Origin: Arenicellales bacterium
GTDB lineage: Bacteria; Pseudomonadota; Gammaproteobacteria; Arenicellales; JAJDZL01
NCBI GenBank assembly: GCA_965203865.1
Contig: OZ241916.1
Coordinates: 1,109,209-1,173,208, forward strand
Direction of reading: 5' to 3'
DNA length: 64,000 bases
Shown: positions 28,454 to 38,642 of the stretch, piece by piece
How the letters are laid out: every line of letters starts with the position of its first letter
How positions within the stretch are numbered: the first letter of the stretch is position 1
Notes under the pieces: generated by a model
Seen by the model: only the letters and a program-made list of their open reading frames with translations
Databases searched by the model: none
What the model was told of the DNA's origin: nothing
Translations under genes and position numbers: made by a program

Positions 28454-30115
28454 CTATTTTGAAATTTTGAAAAGATGAATATTTTTTTCAATTGCGATTT
28501 GATGAATTGACCTGTAGATATCCAGCAATTTCGACAACTGATTCCATGAATTTTCGTCAAGGTTGCGAGTGCAAATATTGAACAATCCCAAAAACGGATA
28601 ACTGCATTTCATATGTTGTCTGGCTGAACTGTAAAGAGTCTTTGGATTCCCAGTCCTAACATAAGGCAGCATGTCACCACCTGAAACCAATTTAGCCGTT
28701 AGGGGGCGGGCTGATTCAATGGCCCAGTGAATGTCACATAGTTCCAATAAAACCCACCAAGTTGCATCCCGAATGACAATTTGGTTATGACCAGTGTTTT
28801 TCAAGGAAGGTGGAAAGTCTGTTACCAAGTAGCCAATTCCCCAGTATCCGGTATCTACAACTATTTTTCTTTTTGAATCTGGGTGCACATTGAATTTGTA
28901 GTGTTTGGAAACATTCCAGGCAATCGAAAAAGCTTGTTGCTTTAATTCCTTCAATTTTGTCTCATGTTGATAAAAAGCACTACTGGAAAAATCATATTCT
29001 GGAAAATTTGTCGGCTTGATTACTCGAGGAGAATTTTTGTCTGCTTTTGCAGCATTTTTATCTTTTGGAGCTTTTTTGCATGCACTCAAAAAGTGCATAT
29101 TTGATGGTTTTTTTTGGGTGTATACACTGTATACACCCGAATTTTGCACTTTTGGAGTGCATCGGTCGGGCCATTGGTACAGTTTTTCTTCGCTATTAAT
29201 TTCGTCTCTTTTTTGCGGTGGAGGCTTAAGTGGTTCATCGTTTAAATTTATGTAACCATCAATTCTTAACGCAATATCATGAATTGTTGTCATTGCAGTT
29301 TGAGCAATGGAAAGCTCTAGGTTGCGACGATATTCATCATGTATCCAGGATGAGCCGCTGTAGGAGTTTAGAGTGTTAAAGAAAAGGTCCCGGTGTATGT
29401 TTTTTTCGATGCCAAATTCAGAACTGACTTTCCGCGATGTCTCTTCCAGGTTCCTAAGTTTTTGAAGTTGCGGTCTCCCCATTTTTTTGGACAGCGAGTA
29501 GGGTAGATGAGGTTCGATAACTTCATGGGCATAAATCATAATTGAAAGAGTGTTAAGATTAATTGAATATCCTTTTTCAGTAAGCAATCGCTGGCAATTG
29601 CGCAAGGAAAGATCGTCTACACCGGATTCCATTTTTAGGAACTCAATCGCCTTTGCCAGCCCGCAAGCTCGATCAATAAAGCAAAGTGATTTTCGCATTT
29701 GATTTTCTTGCAGGTGTCCGATGATGGCATCCGATTCTTCTCCTGTCCAAGGAATATATGCACAGTCGACAAATTGAAATTTTCGGCTTCCTGTCTCTTT
29801 GAATAGTTCCTGAAGGGCTGTAAGACGAGTATTGCCCCCTTTGAAGATGATAAATTTTTGGTCTAAGGAGCGGCGTGTGATTACTAGGGGCTGATTCAGG
29901 CCGTCATTTGCGATTGACTCCTTAATTTGTAAATAGTTGGGGTTTGTATCGCGGCGTGGATTCTTGTCGTAAATTTCAATTAGTTTAAGTGGGAGAGTGA
30001 GCAACATCCTTGTTTTAATTTCAGGAATAAAGCGCACATCATTAGACAGCGATTTGAAATCAATCGCAGGTGCAAGCATCTCTTCAATGTGTTCGGATGT
30101 TGGTCGTTTCGGCAT
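28454..30115 (-). CDS. ICE ParB-family protein (PFGI-1 class, BisD-like)
   Basis: YDKNPRR..NPNY..IKESI..DGLNQPLVITRR, GGNTRL, GHLQENQMRKSLCFIDRA. Confidence 0.88.
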   Translation of the reverse strand: MPKRPTSEHIEEMLAPAIDFKSLSNDVRFIPEIKTRMLLTLPLKLIEIYDKNPRRDTNPNYLQIKESIANDGLNQPLVITRRSLDQKFIIFKGGNTRLTALQELFKETGSRKFQFVDCAYIPWTGEESDAIIGHLQENQMRKSLCFIDRACGLAKAIEFLKMESGVDDLSLRNCQRLLTEKGYSINLNTLSIMIYAHEVIEPHLPYSLSKKMGRPQLQKLRNLEETSRKVSSEFGIEKNIHRDLFFNTLNSYSGSSWIHDEYRRNLELSIAQTAMTTIHDIALRIDGYINLNDEPLKPPPQKRDEINSEEKLYQWPDRCTPKVQNSGVYSVYTQKKPSNMHFLSACKKAPKDKNAAKADKNSPRVIKPTNFPEYDFSSSAFYQHETKLKELKQQAFSIAWNVSKHYKFNVHPDSKRKIVVDTGYWGIGYLVTDFPPSLKNTGHNQIVIRDATWWVLLELCDIHWAIESARPLTAKLVSGGDMLPYVRTGNPKTLYSSARQHMKCSYPFLGLFNICTRNLDENSWNQLSKLLDIYRSIHQIAIEKNIHLFKISK

Positions 30116-30950
30116 GTTGTAATCCTCGAGTAGGTTTTAAATTTGTTTTCAACTTGGGCCACAATTCCATTACCAATGCAGTCATGGTGTCATTAGCGCT
30201 GAAACCGTTTTTTCTCTTTCTTTCAAATTGATGTACTGGAACTTGAGCAGTTGCAGCATCTCGGTAAACAGTTCGGTCAGGTACTTTTGTACTCAAAAAA
30301 TTAAGGCTGGGAATTCTGAGACTGAGGTTGTGCAACTGATGAGTTATAGACTTTGAGTCAATAGTTGCTCGTGTACGATAAATCACTCCGTTGATTGATG
30401 GTTTGAGGACGGCTCGTTGTGATTGAATTACTTGATTCCAGGTTTGCAGAGTTCCGTTAATGAATTCTCGTGCGGAAAGTATGTCTGGCACAACAGGACA
30501 GAGCAGAATATCGCTGGAGAGAATGACAGGCTCTAGAATTTTGCTTGAGGCTCCTTGAGTATCAACAATCACGAGGTCGTAGCCGTCGAGATTATCAAGA
30601 GCGTATCGCAGTCTGTTGTGGCCATCTGTCAAGCTTGGCAATATGGTTTCGTTATTGTTATCCGGGTCATCTGCCACGACAATATCAAGTCTTGGAATAG
30701 CTGTACTGCTGATTGATCTCCTAATTTCAGCATGAGAAAATACTTTGGTAACTCCATGCTTGGATAGGCGGGAAATTGGGTAGTAGCGGCTCAGAGATGC
30801 CTGCGGGTCAGTATCAATCATTAATACCCGCCATCCATAATCTGCAGCAAGTCCGCCAATGTTAGCGCACAGGCAGGTTTTTCCGACTCCGCCTTTGGTT
30901 CCGTAGATTGATAATACAGTCTGTTCGTACATTTCGAATTTACTAGCCAT
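30084..30950 (-). CDS. parA: ParA/Soj family ATPase
   Basis: TKGGVGKT, IDTDPQASLS, VDTQGA, PDILSAREFINGT. Confidence 0.9.
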   Translation of the reverse strand: MASKFEMYEQTVLSIYGTKGGVGKTCLCANIGGLAADYGWRVLMIDTDPQASLSRYYPISRLSKHGVTKVFSHAEIRRSISSTAIPRLDIVVADDPDNNNETILPSLTDGHNRLRYALDNLDGYDLVIVDTQGASSKILEPVILSSDILLCPVVPDILSAREFINGTLQTWNQVIQSQRAVLKPSINGVIYRTRATIDSKSITHQLHNLSLRIPSLNFLSTKVPDRTVYRDAATAQVPVHQFERKRKNGFSANDTMTALVMELWPKLKTNLKPTRGLQHAETTNIRTH

Positions 30951-31268
30951 AATTTACGATTACCTCGACTCACACCAATTGACTCTTAATCAGTTGGCTT
31001 GGATAATCTTTTCATGGCATTACAAAATTCTTTTTTGCAGAGTATCTGACTGAAAATTACCTCTCGCTTTTTGAGAAATGATCGAATTGCAAATGGTGAC
31101 CCCGCTACATCCCATTGAAAAATTCGAGCAGCAGGTCGAACCAAAAATTATTTGTAAAAAACGTGAGAAACTCGTCTCTGTGAATTGAGATTTTCGTGAT
31201 TCAATGCTGATTTCATGATTGAAGTGAATCCGCAAAATTGGGGAAGTTGAAAGATAAACAAAAAATTC

Positions 31269-31319
31269 AATTGATATGTTGAACTTGGCAGGTTGAAAAA
31301 GCCTGCGTTCATATCAGTT
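31269..31319 (-). terminator. Long hairpin downstream of the liu operon (possible terminator)
   Basis: AATTGATAT..GAAC..GCAGGTT-GAAA-AAGCCTGC-GTTC-ATATCAGTT; T-run follows on the minus strand. Confidence 0.45.
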
Positions 31320-31376
31320 CCCCGGGGTGGGGTCAGTAAGGATGGCCCGAGTGATTCAGGACCCGTGAAAGTGCCG

Positions 31377-32288
31377 CTATGTGGTTTGCTTGCTAATTAA
31401 AGCGGTAGATACTTTTGAATTTAACGGTTTGTTCAGTTTACTGCTTACAAACTTGGAAACGCTGACTAGCTCTTCTAATATAAGCCCGGTTCGTACGCCA
31501 AGCCCGTCCAGCATGTAAACAACATCTTCGGTTGCAACATTTCCGCTTGCCCCCTTTGCATAAGGACATCCCCCCAGTCCACCAATTGAACTATCAATAA
31601 TTGCAACCTCTTCATCTAGTGCAACAAGAATATTGGCTAGTGCCTGCCCATAGGTGTCGTGAAAGTGCACAGCGATAGCGTTTTCAGGTGCATACTGCTT
31701 GATTGATTTCAGAAGGTTGCGTACATTTGACGGTGTGCCGACTCCGATTGTGTCACCAAGCGAAACTTCTCGACACCCCATTGAAAAAAGTTTTTCTACG
31801 ACATTTATGGTGGTTTTCAAATCAACTTCACCTTCATAGGGACAGCCCATTACACAGGATACATAGCCTCTGATAGAAATCCCTCGGGATTTGGCCAATT
31901 CTACTATCGGCACATACTGGTCCAACCCCTGAGCGATGGTGGTGTTGGTATTCCGCATGGAAAAGGTATTTGAAACTGCAGAAAATATTGCGATTTCCGA
32001 TATGCCTGAAGAAATTGCCATTTCCATACCTTTCATATTGGGCACTAAAGCGACATAAGTGGTATTGGGTGAACGAGATATTTTCTGGAGCACCGTGTCT
32101 GTGTTTGCCATTTGAGGAACCCACTTCGGAGACACGAAACTACCGACTTCAATGAATTTGAATCCGCAGTTTGAAAGCTGATCTATGAGTTTTACCCGAA
32201 ATTGGACAGAAGTATCGCCGGGTTCGTTTTGAAGTCCATCGCGCGGACCAACTTCGGTCAGTACAACATCTTGAGGAGATTTGAACAA
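31377..32288 (-). CDS. liuE: Hydroxymethylglutaryl-CoA lyase
   Basis: EVGPRDGLQNE, SLGDTIG, HFHDTYGQAL, GLGGCPYAKGASGNVATED. Confidence 0.95.
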   Translation of the reverse strand: MFKSPQDVVLTEVGPRDGLQNEPGDTSVQFRVKLIDQLSNCGFKFIEVGSFVSPKWVPQMANTDTVLQKISRSPNTTYVALVPNMKGMEMAISSGISEIAIFSAVSNTFSMRNTNTTIAQGLDQYVPIVELAKSRGISIRGYVSCVMGCPYEGEVDLKTTINVVEKLFSMGCREVSLGDTIGVGTPSNVRNLLKSIKQYAPENAIAVHFHDTYGQALANILVALDEEVAIIDSSIGGLGGCPYAKGASGNVATEDVVYMLDGLGVRTGLILEELVSVSKFVSSKLNKPLNSKVSTALISKQTT

Positions 32289-32301
32289 GAACTAACCTGG
32301 C

Positions 32302-34311
32302 TTACTCTTCATTTGTGAATGGTTCGACGACTGCGCATACTGCACCTTCATCAACCTGATCATTTTCTTTATAGAAAAGTTTTGAAACAACACCATTTAC
32401 CGGGCTTCGCAACTGATGCTCCATTTTCATTGCTTCAACTACAACCAAGCATTCGCCTGTACAAACTTCACTACCGACACTGGTCATGATTCGACAAATT
32501 CTACCCGGTAGAGGCGCCACTAAGGAGCCTTCACTTTGAGTTTCCAAATTTTCGGAGGAAAATATTTCAGCATACTGAAGTTCATAACATGAACATCTGT
32601 GAAATACCGCAATTTGTGTACCTAAATCAACTACAGGTGTTCGCCAAGGGGTATCGTCAATCAACATGCTTACTGAGCAATCGGAAATCTGGGAAATCTG
32701 ACATGCCATATGTCGGTTATTGCACTCAATTGTAAGATTGTCTTTTTGCCCGCGAATGGTTACATGCACTGATTCGCCGTCAATTTTCCAAACCTTGATA
32801 ATTTCTGATTGCGAGCATTGTCGCCAGCCATTCTTTGCATCCCAAGGAGAGTGCACTGTTGAATCGTTGTATGCTTTTGGTTTGTCAACTACTTGCGACG
32901 AAAAAATCGAAGCGATTGCAAATATTTCTTCAGGCACGCCATCTTCCTTGGGAATGAGTTCGTTCAAATTTGATTCAACAAAATTAACGTCAATCCCGCC
33001 TTTTTGAAATTCGGGGTGCTGGAGTAAATTTGATAGAAACTTGACGTTGGTTTTCACTCCGACCACCAGCACTTCTTCCAGTATGTCAAGCAAGTTTTGA
33101 ATAGCCTGCATCCTGGATTCACCATAAATTACTACCTTGGCGATCATTGGATCGTAGTACTCGTGAACAATATCTTTAGTACCGCAATCGGTAGATATAC
33201 TAAGGTTTTCTTGATTTATAGGATAAGAAAAAAAGTCTACATTTCCTGGGCTAGGCATGAAATTCATTGCCGGATTTTCTGCATAGATTCGCGCCTGAAT
33301 CGAGTGTCCGACAGGTTCGGTGACTGTATTCAAGAATTCAAGCGACTGTCCACCTGCTATCTTTATTTGCCATCCAATCATGTTCATATTCATTACTCTT
33401 TCAGTAACTGTGTACTCTACCTGAAGGCGGGTATTCATTTCCATAAAGTAGAACTGCTTGCCGTCAAACAGGTACTCAACAGTTCCAACACCCCAGTACT
33501 CGAGTTCTTTGGCGATCCTGACCGCCGCATCCAGCATTTGTTCACGGGTATCAGACGGAATTCCCTGAGCAGGTGCTTCTTCAACAATTTTCTGGTGGCG
33601 TCTTTGTGAAGAGCAGTCTCGATCAAATAAATGCCTGTAGTTACCGTGCTTGTCGCCAATAATTTGCACTTCAATATGGCGGGCGTGAGGCAGGTATTTT
33701 TCAATCAAAATTTCTTCATCATGAAAAGCTTCGCGAGATTCGGAACGGGCGGACAAGAGTTTTTCCTGAAAGTCGTTTTCATTTTCTACTACACGCATGC
33801 CTCGTCCGCCACCGCCGAGAGCGGATTTGAGCAAAACGGGGAATCCAATTTTCTTTGCCGCTTCCAGCATTTTCTGAGAATCTTGGTCTGAACCTCGATA
33901 GCCTAGCAGAATTGGCACATTAACTTTTTGAGCAACTTTTGCGGCTGAAGACTTGGATGCCATGGTCCGAATAGTATCGGAACGCGGGCCAATAAACTCA
34001 ATTCCCAAGTCTTCGCAACGTTTCGCAAGTTCACTGTTCTCTGCCAGAAATCCATAGCCCGGGTGAAGTGCGTCCGATTTTGTTTGAACTGCCGCTTCAA
34101 TTACACGATCGATATTGAGATAGCTTTCAATGGCGCGGGGAGGACCAATTTCAACGGATTTATTAGACATTTTGACGTAAAGTGAATTTCTGTCAGCTTC
34201 CGAATGCAGTGCAACCGTATAAATCCCGAGCGCTCTGGCTGCATCAAGGATTCGGTTGGCGATCTCGCCGCGGTTTGCAATTGCGAGTCTTCGGAAAGGT
34301 GTACTAAACAT
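32302..34311 (-). CDS. liuD: 3-methylcrotonyl-CoA carboxylase alpha (biotin) subunit
   Basis: IANRGEIA, HPGYGFLAEN, GGGGRGMR, EMNTRLQVE, EAMKME biotin site; operon context. Confidence 0.9.
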   Translation of the reverse strand: MFSTPFRRLAIANRGEIANRILDAARALGIYTVALHSEADRNSLYVKMSNKSVEIGPPRAIESYLNIDRVIEAAVQTKSDALHPGYGFLAENSELAKRCEDLGIEFIGPRSDTIRTMASKSSAAKVAQKVNVPILLGYRGSDQDSQKMLEAAKKIGFPVLLKSALGGGGRGMRVVENENDFQEKLLSARSESREAFHDEEILIEKYLPHARHIEVQIIGDKHGNYRHLFDRDCSSQRRHQKIVEEAPAQGIPSDTREQMLDAAVRIAKELEYWGVGTVEYLFDGKQFYFMEMNTRLQVEYTVTERVMNMNMIGWQIKIAGGQSLEFLNTVTEPVGHSIQARIYAENPAMNFMPSPGNVDFFSYPINQENLSISTDCGTKDIVHEYYDPMIAKVVIYGESRMQAIQNLLDILEEVLVVGVKTNVKFLSNLLQHPEFQKGGIDVNFVESNLNELIPKEDGVPEEIFAIASIFSSQVVDKPKAYNDSTVHSPWDAKNGWRQCSQSEIIKVWKIDGESVHVTIRGQKDNLTIECNNRHMACQISQISDCSVSMLIDDTPWRTPVVDLGTQIAVFHRCSCYELQYAEIFSSENLETQSEGSLVAPLPGRICRIMTSVGSEVCTGECLVVVEAMKMEHQLRSPVNGVVSKLFYKENDQVDEGAVCAVVEPFTNEE

Positions 34312-35110
34312 CGTTTCTAATTAGCCAGGCAGGTGGCCTCTTTTCTAAAAATGCTTCAATGCCTTCGCGGGCTTCTGTTGTAGCCCTGATGTCGGCAATT
34401 CGTTGTGCAGTTATTTGCAACAAATCTGATTCGAGTGGTGTGTTTTGGATTAATTGAACTAATTCCTTGGCTTTGGATTGCGCCTGAGGCCCTCCTGCCA
34501 ACAGCAGTTCTTCAACAAACTGTCTTGCAGCCGAAAGACTACCGTCCTTGCAAGTGTCATGCACAAGGCCGATAGATTTTGCTGTTTTCGCACTAAATCG
34601 CTCTCCTGTCAAAAAATACCGCTGTGCCATTCTGGGGCCAATAGCCCGGATGACATAAGGACTGATAACAGAAGGAATTAGTCCCAGTTTCACTTCAGAT
34701 AAACTGAAAACCGTACTTTTAGCTGCAATAGCAATATCGCAGCTTGCCGTTAATCCCACGCCTCCACCAAATACCGAACCATGAACCAAAGCAACAGTGG
34801 GATGGGGGAAGTTGTGTAGTAGATTTAGCATTTTGCTCAAGCAATACGCATCCTTGTAATTATCTTCCTTTGTGAAACGGGATGACCGGCGCATCCAGTT
34901 CAAATCTGCTCCAGCGCAAAAACTCTTTCCAGCCCCGCTCAGGATTAAAACCCGCACTTTTCCAGATTCTGCAAGTGACTCAAGTGCGTTAGTAAGGCTC
35001 TGGATCATGGTTTCGTCAAACGCATTGTGAACTTCCGGGCGATTCAACGAGATGGTGCAAACCCCCGAATCATTCTGCTCTAACGTAATTGATGGATATA
35101 AATCGACCAT
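34304..35110 (-). CDS. liuC: Methylglutaconyl-CoA hydratase (crotonase family)
   Basis: LNRPEVHNAFD, FCAGADLNWM, SEVKLGLIPSVISPYV. Confidence 0.9.
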   Translation of the reverse strand: MVDLYPSITLEQNDSGVCTISLNRPEVHNAFDETMIQSLTNALESLAESGKVRVLILSGAGKSFCAGADLNWMRRSSRFTKEDNYKDAYCLSKMLNLLHNFPHPTVALVHGSVFGGGVGLTASCDIAIAAKSTVFSLSEVKLGLIPSVISPYVIRAIGPRMAQRYFLTGERFSAKTAKSIGLVHDTCKDGSLSAARQFVEELLLAGGPQAQSKAKELVQLIQNTPLESDLLQITAQRIADIRATTEAREGIEAFLEKRPPAWLIRNDV

Positions 35111-35131
35111 TGTTTTATTCCGGCGGCGATT

Positions 35132-36739
35132 TTACATTCGAAATACGCCGAATTTTGATTCATTGACAGGTGCATTGAGCGAAGCGGATATTGCCAGTCC
35201 AAGTATCATTCTCGTGTCAACCGGATCAATGATGCCATCATCCCAAAGACGTGCACTGGAATAGTAGGGTTGACCTTGTGTTTCATACTGTTCAAGTATT
35301 GAATTTCTGAATTTCATCTGTTCTTTTTCGTCCCAGGACCCGGGTTCAAGACCGTCCTGCTTGACTTGTGTCAGTACATTGCCCGCCTGCTCACCGCCCA
35401 TTACAGATATTCTGGAGTTTGGCCAAATCCACAAGAACCTTGGACCATAGGCGCGGCCACACATGGCATAGTTTCCAGCTCCGAAACTGCCGCCGATTAT
35501 TACGGTAAATTTTGGTACTTGTGCACAGGCGACAGCAGTTACCATTTTTGCACCATCTTTGGCGATTCCTCCTGCTTCGTATTTTTTTCCAACCATGAAA
35601 CCGGCTATGTTTTGCAAGAATATCAGCGGAATTCTGCGCTGGCAGCAAAGTTCAATAAAATGTGTAGCCTTCAGTGCTGACTCGGAATAAAGAATTCCAT
35701 TGTTCGCGACAATGCCTACGGGGAATCCAAGCAATCGGGCAAATCCGCAAACCAGAGTAGTGCCGTACAATTTCTTGAACTCGTCGAATTCGCTGTTGTC
35801 AACTATACGCGCGATAACTTCGCGAACATCGTAAATTTGGCGCAAGTCCGTTGGAACAATTCCGTACAACTCACTTGCATCGTACTTCGGGTCGACAGGT
35901 GCTTGAGTTTCAATCTGAATCTGCTTGGGCTTGTTCAGATTCTTGACGATGTCTCGTACGATTTGCAATGCATGAAAATCATCGTTTGCATAATGGTCCG
36001 TAATACCAGATTGCCTGGAGTGCACATCGGCTCCCCCAAGTTCTTCTGCACTGACATTTTCACCGGTTGCGGCCCGAACCAGCGGCGGCCCTCCAAGAAA
36101 AATAGTTCCCTGATTTTTAACGATGATAGATTCATCACACATCGCGGGCACATAAGCGCCGCCAGCTGTGCATGAGCCCATTACTGCAGCAATTTGCGGT
36201 ATCTTCATTGCAGACAAATTTGCCTGATTGTAGAAAATTCGACCGAAGTGCTCCCGGTCCGGAAATACTTCATCCTGCAGTGGAAGAAAAGCTCCGCCTG
36301 AATCGACCAAATATATGCAGGGCAATTGATTTTCTCTGGCGATTTCTTGGGCTCGCAAGTGCTTTTTTACCGTAATCGGATAATAGGTGCCGCCTTTCAC
36401 CGTCGCATCATTGGCGAAAATCATGCACTCGCGACCAGATATGGGACCAATTCCTGTAACCAGCCCGGCGGAAGGCACTTCACCCTTGTACATATTCCAT
36501 GCAGCGTACGGTGCAATTTCCAAGAAGGGCGCACCGCTGTCCAAGACCAACCCAATACGCTCACGAGAAAGTAGTTTTCCTCTGGACTTGTGCTTTTTGC
36601 GCGCTGATTCGCTCCCGCCGAGTTTAATCGTTTCAAGCGTGCTGTGAAGGTTTTCGACAAGCGAAAGCATGGCATCCTTTCGCAACTGAAACTCATCGCT
36701 TTGAATGTCGAGTGTGGATGCAATGACAGGCATTTTCAA
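35132..36739 (-). CDS. liuB: 3-methylcrotonyl-CoA carboxylase beta subunit
   Basis: [51 protein letters not shown]. Confidence 0.95.
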   Translation of the reverse strand: MKMPVIASTLDIQSDEFQLRKDAMLSLVENLHSTLETIKLGGSESARKKHKSRGKLLSRERIGLVLDSGAPFLEIAPYAAWNMYKGEVPSAGLVTGIGPISGRECMIFANDATVKGGTYYPITVKKHLRAQEIARENQLPCIYLVDSGGAFLPLQDEVFPDREHFGRIFYNQANLSAMKIPQIAAVMGSCTAGGAYVPAMCDESIIVKNQGTIFLGGPPLVRAATGENVSAEELGGADVHSRQSGITDHYANDDFHALQIVRDIVKNLNKPKQIQIETQAPVDPKYDASELYGIVPTDLRQIYDVREVIARIVDNSEFDEFKKLYGTTLVCGFARLLGFPVGIVANNGILYSESALKATHFIELCCQRRIPLIFLQNIAGFMVGKKYEAGGIAKDGAKMVTAVACAQVPKFTVIIGGSFGAGNYAMCGRAYGPRFLWIWPNSRISVMGGEQAGNVLTQVKQDGLEPGSWDEKEQMKFRNSILEQYETQGQPYYSSARLWDDGIIDPVDTRMILGLAISASLNAPVNESKFGVFRM

Positions 36740-36767
36740 GAATTAGCAGGACCGAGTTGTAAACGAC

Positions 36768-37367
36768 CTACCAGCCCCCTGTTTCAAGCCATTTTTGAAT
36801 GTGGGACATGCGGTCATGTCCCCAAAACCGTTCGCCGTCCACAAAAAAGAAGGGCGAACCAAACACTTTTCGTTCCACTGCAGAGTCTGTGACCTCTCGC
36901 AATTTACTCTTGATCTCTGGATCTTCCAGTGCTTTTCCTAGCAAAATTCGATCAATTCCAACCGACTCGGCAACGTCCATAACAACATAGGGTTCCGAAA
37001 TCGCCCGATCTTCTGCGAAATATGCCTGAAACAATTTCCGGGCCAATTGTTTTGCCAGTTGTTTATCCTGGCTCAACTGCCAGTAGAAAGCGCGGCATGC
37101 AGCTACTGTAGCGATTGGAAAAGTAGATGGTGTTTTGTACTCTAGTCCGTATAGCCTTGCACATCGATGCAAGTCAATGCCACTGTATTCGTCGACCATA
37201 GGAATGTGGACAAGCGGTTTACGGCCCGTAATTTTCATTACTGCGCCCATCAGGAAAGGACGCCATTCTACAGTTCGATTGTGATTTTCAGCTATTTTGT
37301 CAATCTGCTCGCTAGCAAAGTAGCCGTAAGGCGAAGAAAAATCAAAATAAAATTCAATAGAGTTCAT
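36768..37367 (-). CDS. 2-hydroxychromene-2-carboxylate isomerase / GST-kappa family protein
   Basis: FYFDFSSPYGY, VFGSPFFFVDGERFWGHDRM. Confidence 0.88.
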   Translation of the reverse strand: MNSIEFYFDFSSPYGYFASEQIDKIAENHNRTVEWRPFLMGAVMKITGRKPLVHIPMVDEYSGIDLHRCARLYGLEYKTPSTFPIATVAACRAFYWQLSQDKQLAKQLARKLFQAYFAEDRAISEPYVVMDVAESVGIDRILLGKALEDPEIKSKLREVTDSAVERKVFGSPFFFVDGERFWGHDRMSHIQKWLETGGW

Positions 37368-37409
37368 ATTCCAGAATCCGTAAAATGCAGGTAGAATTCA
37401 CATGGATGC

Positions 37410-38606
37410 TTAATTGCCATTTGTATTTCGTACAACTCCAATGGCAGTTGCTTCGCCGCCGCCGATGCACAATGCTGCAACCCCGCGCTCCAAATTGTAT
37501 TTTTCCATTGCCGAAATCAGTGTGATCAGGATTCTTGTACCCGATGCTCCGACGGGGTGTCCAAGAGCACATGCGCCGCCGTGAATATTCACACAATCGT
37601 AACTCAGGTTCAAACTACGAATAGCTGCCATGGTTACAACTGCGAATGCTTCATTGATTTCAAACAGGTCTACTTCGTCGACTGTCCAGTTCAACTTTTC
37701 CAGCAGTCGATTGATGGCACCTATGGGGGCAGTAGGGAACAAGTTTGGCTCTGCTGCATAGGTTGCATGGCCGACAAGAGTAGCGCACGGGACAGTGCCG
37801 CGTTTGTCTGCTTCGATTTCAGACATGAGCACTACGCTTGCACCACCATCTGAAATTGAACTGGAATTGGCTGGAGTTACCGTGCCGTTCTTGCGAAAGG
37901 CTGGCCGCAATTTTGGAATTTTTTCCGAATTTGTTGTCTGAGGTTGCTCGTCATGTTCAACCAAGTACTCTTCTTTACGTGTCTTGACGGGGACAGCAGC
38001 AATTTCGCGTTGAAAAGTTCCGTTGCCTGTTGCTTTTTGGGCACGCGTCAGCGATTCAATGGCAAATTCGTCCTGTTCATTTCTAGTGAAACTGTATTGT
38101 TCTGCGCAGTCCTCGGCAAATTCACCCATAAGAGCACCTTGTTGATACGCGTCTTCCAGCCCGTCAATGAACATGTGATCGTAAATTTGTCCGTGTCCCA
38201 TTCGCAATCCCCCCCGCGCTTTTGTCATTATATAGGGCGCATTGCTCATGCTTTCCATACCGCCGGCAACCATCACATGATTGGTTCCGGCGATGATTGA
38301 ATCATAGCCAAGCATTACAGTTTTCATTCCCGAACCACACATTTTGTTGATGGTTGTGCAACCGACAGATTTCGGGATCCCCGCAGAAAGTGAAGCCTGA
38401 CGCGCAGGTGCCTGTCCTTGTCCAGCAGGTAAAACGCAGCCCATTAGCACTTCATCCACGTCTGCCCCAGCGATATGGGAATCTTCCAGTGCAGCAGCAA
38501 TGGACGCTGCGCCGAGTTCGGAAGCGGTAAGTGGAGACAGTTTGCCCTGAAACCCTCCAATGGGTGTCCGTGCCATGCCAGTCACGACAACATTTGAATT
38601 GTTCAT
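37410..38606 (-). CDS. Acetyl-CoA C-acyltransferase (thiolase)
   Basis: NKMCGSGMK, EINEAFA, GHPVGASG, CIGGGE. Confidence 0.93.
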   Translation of the reverse strand: MNNSNVVVTGMARTPIGGFQGKLSPLTASELGAASIAAALEDSHIAGADVDEVLMGCVLPAGQGQAPARQASLSAGIPKSVGCTTINKMCGSGMKTVMLGYDSIIAGTNHVMVAGGMESMSNAPYIMTKARGGLRMGHGQIYDHMFIDGLEDAYQQGALMGEFAEDCAEQYSFTRNEQDEFAIESLTRAQKATGNGTFQREIAAVPVKTRKEEYLVEHDEQPQTTNSEKIPKLRPAFRKNGTVTPANSSSISDGGASVVLMSEIEADKRGTVPCATLVGHATYAAEPNLFPTAPIGAINRLLEKLNWTVDEVDLFEINEAFAVVTMAAIRSLNLSYDCVNIHGGACALGHPVGASGTRILITLISAMEKYNLERGVAALCIGGGEATAIGVVRNTNGN

Positions 38607-38642
38607 TTGAATTCCCGTTAAGTTAAATTAAAAAGATTACGG

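Larger units (their letters stand above)
4568..30950 (-). mobile_element. ICE-derived island of the PFGI-1/pKLC102/ICEclc class (MPF_G T4SS, type IVb pilus, parAB module); boundaries approximate
   Basis: Contiguous co-oriented cluster of ICE-family genes between host terC and hmgL; no att repeats recognised. Confidence 0.8.

Noticed and set aside
31094-31108. Minus-strand GTAGCGGGGTCACCA resembling a tRNA 3' end / att remnant near parA
   Set aside because: No T-arm (GTTCGA) at the right spacing, no cloverleaf and no second copy at the other island end; too short to support.
31020-31235. 71-aa ORF upstream of parA (position where alpA might be expected)
   Set aside because: TTG start and no HTH/AlpA features; likely spurious.
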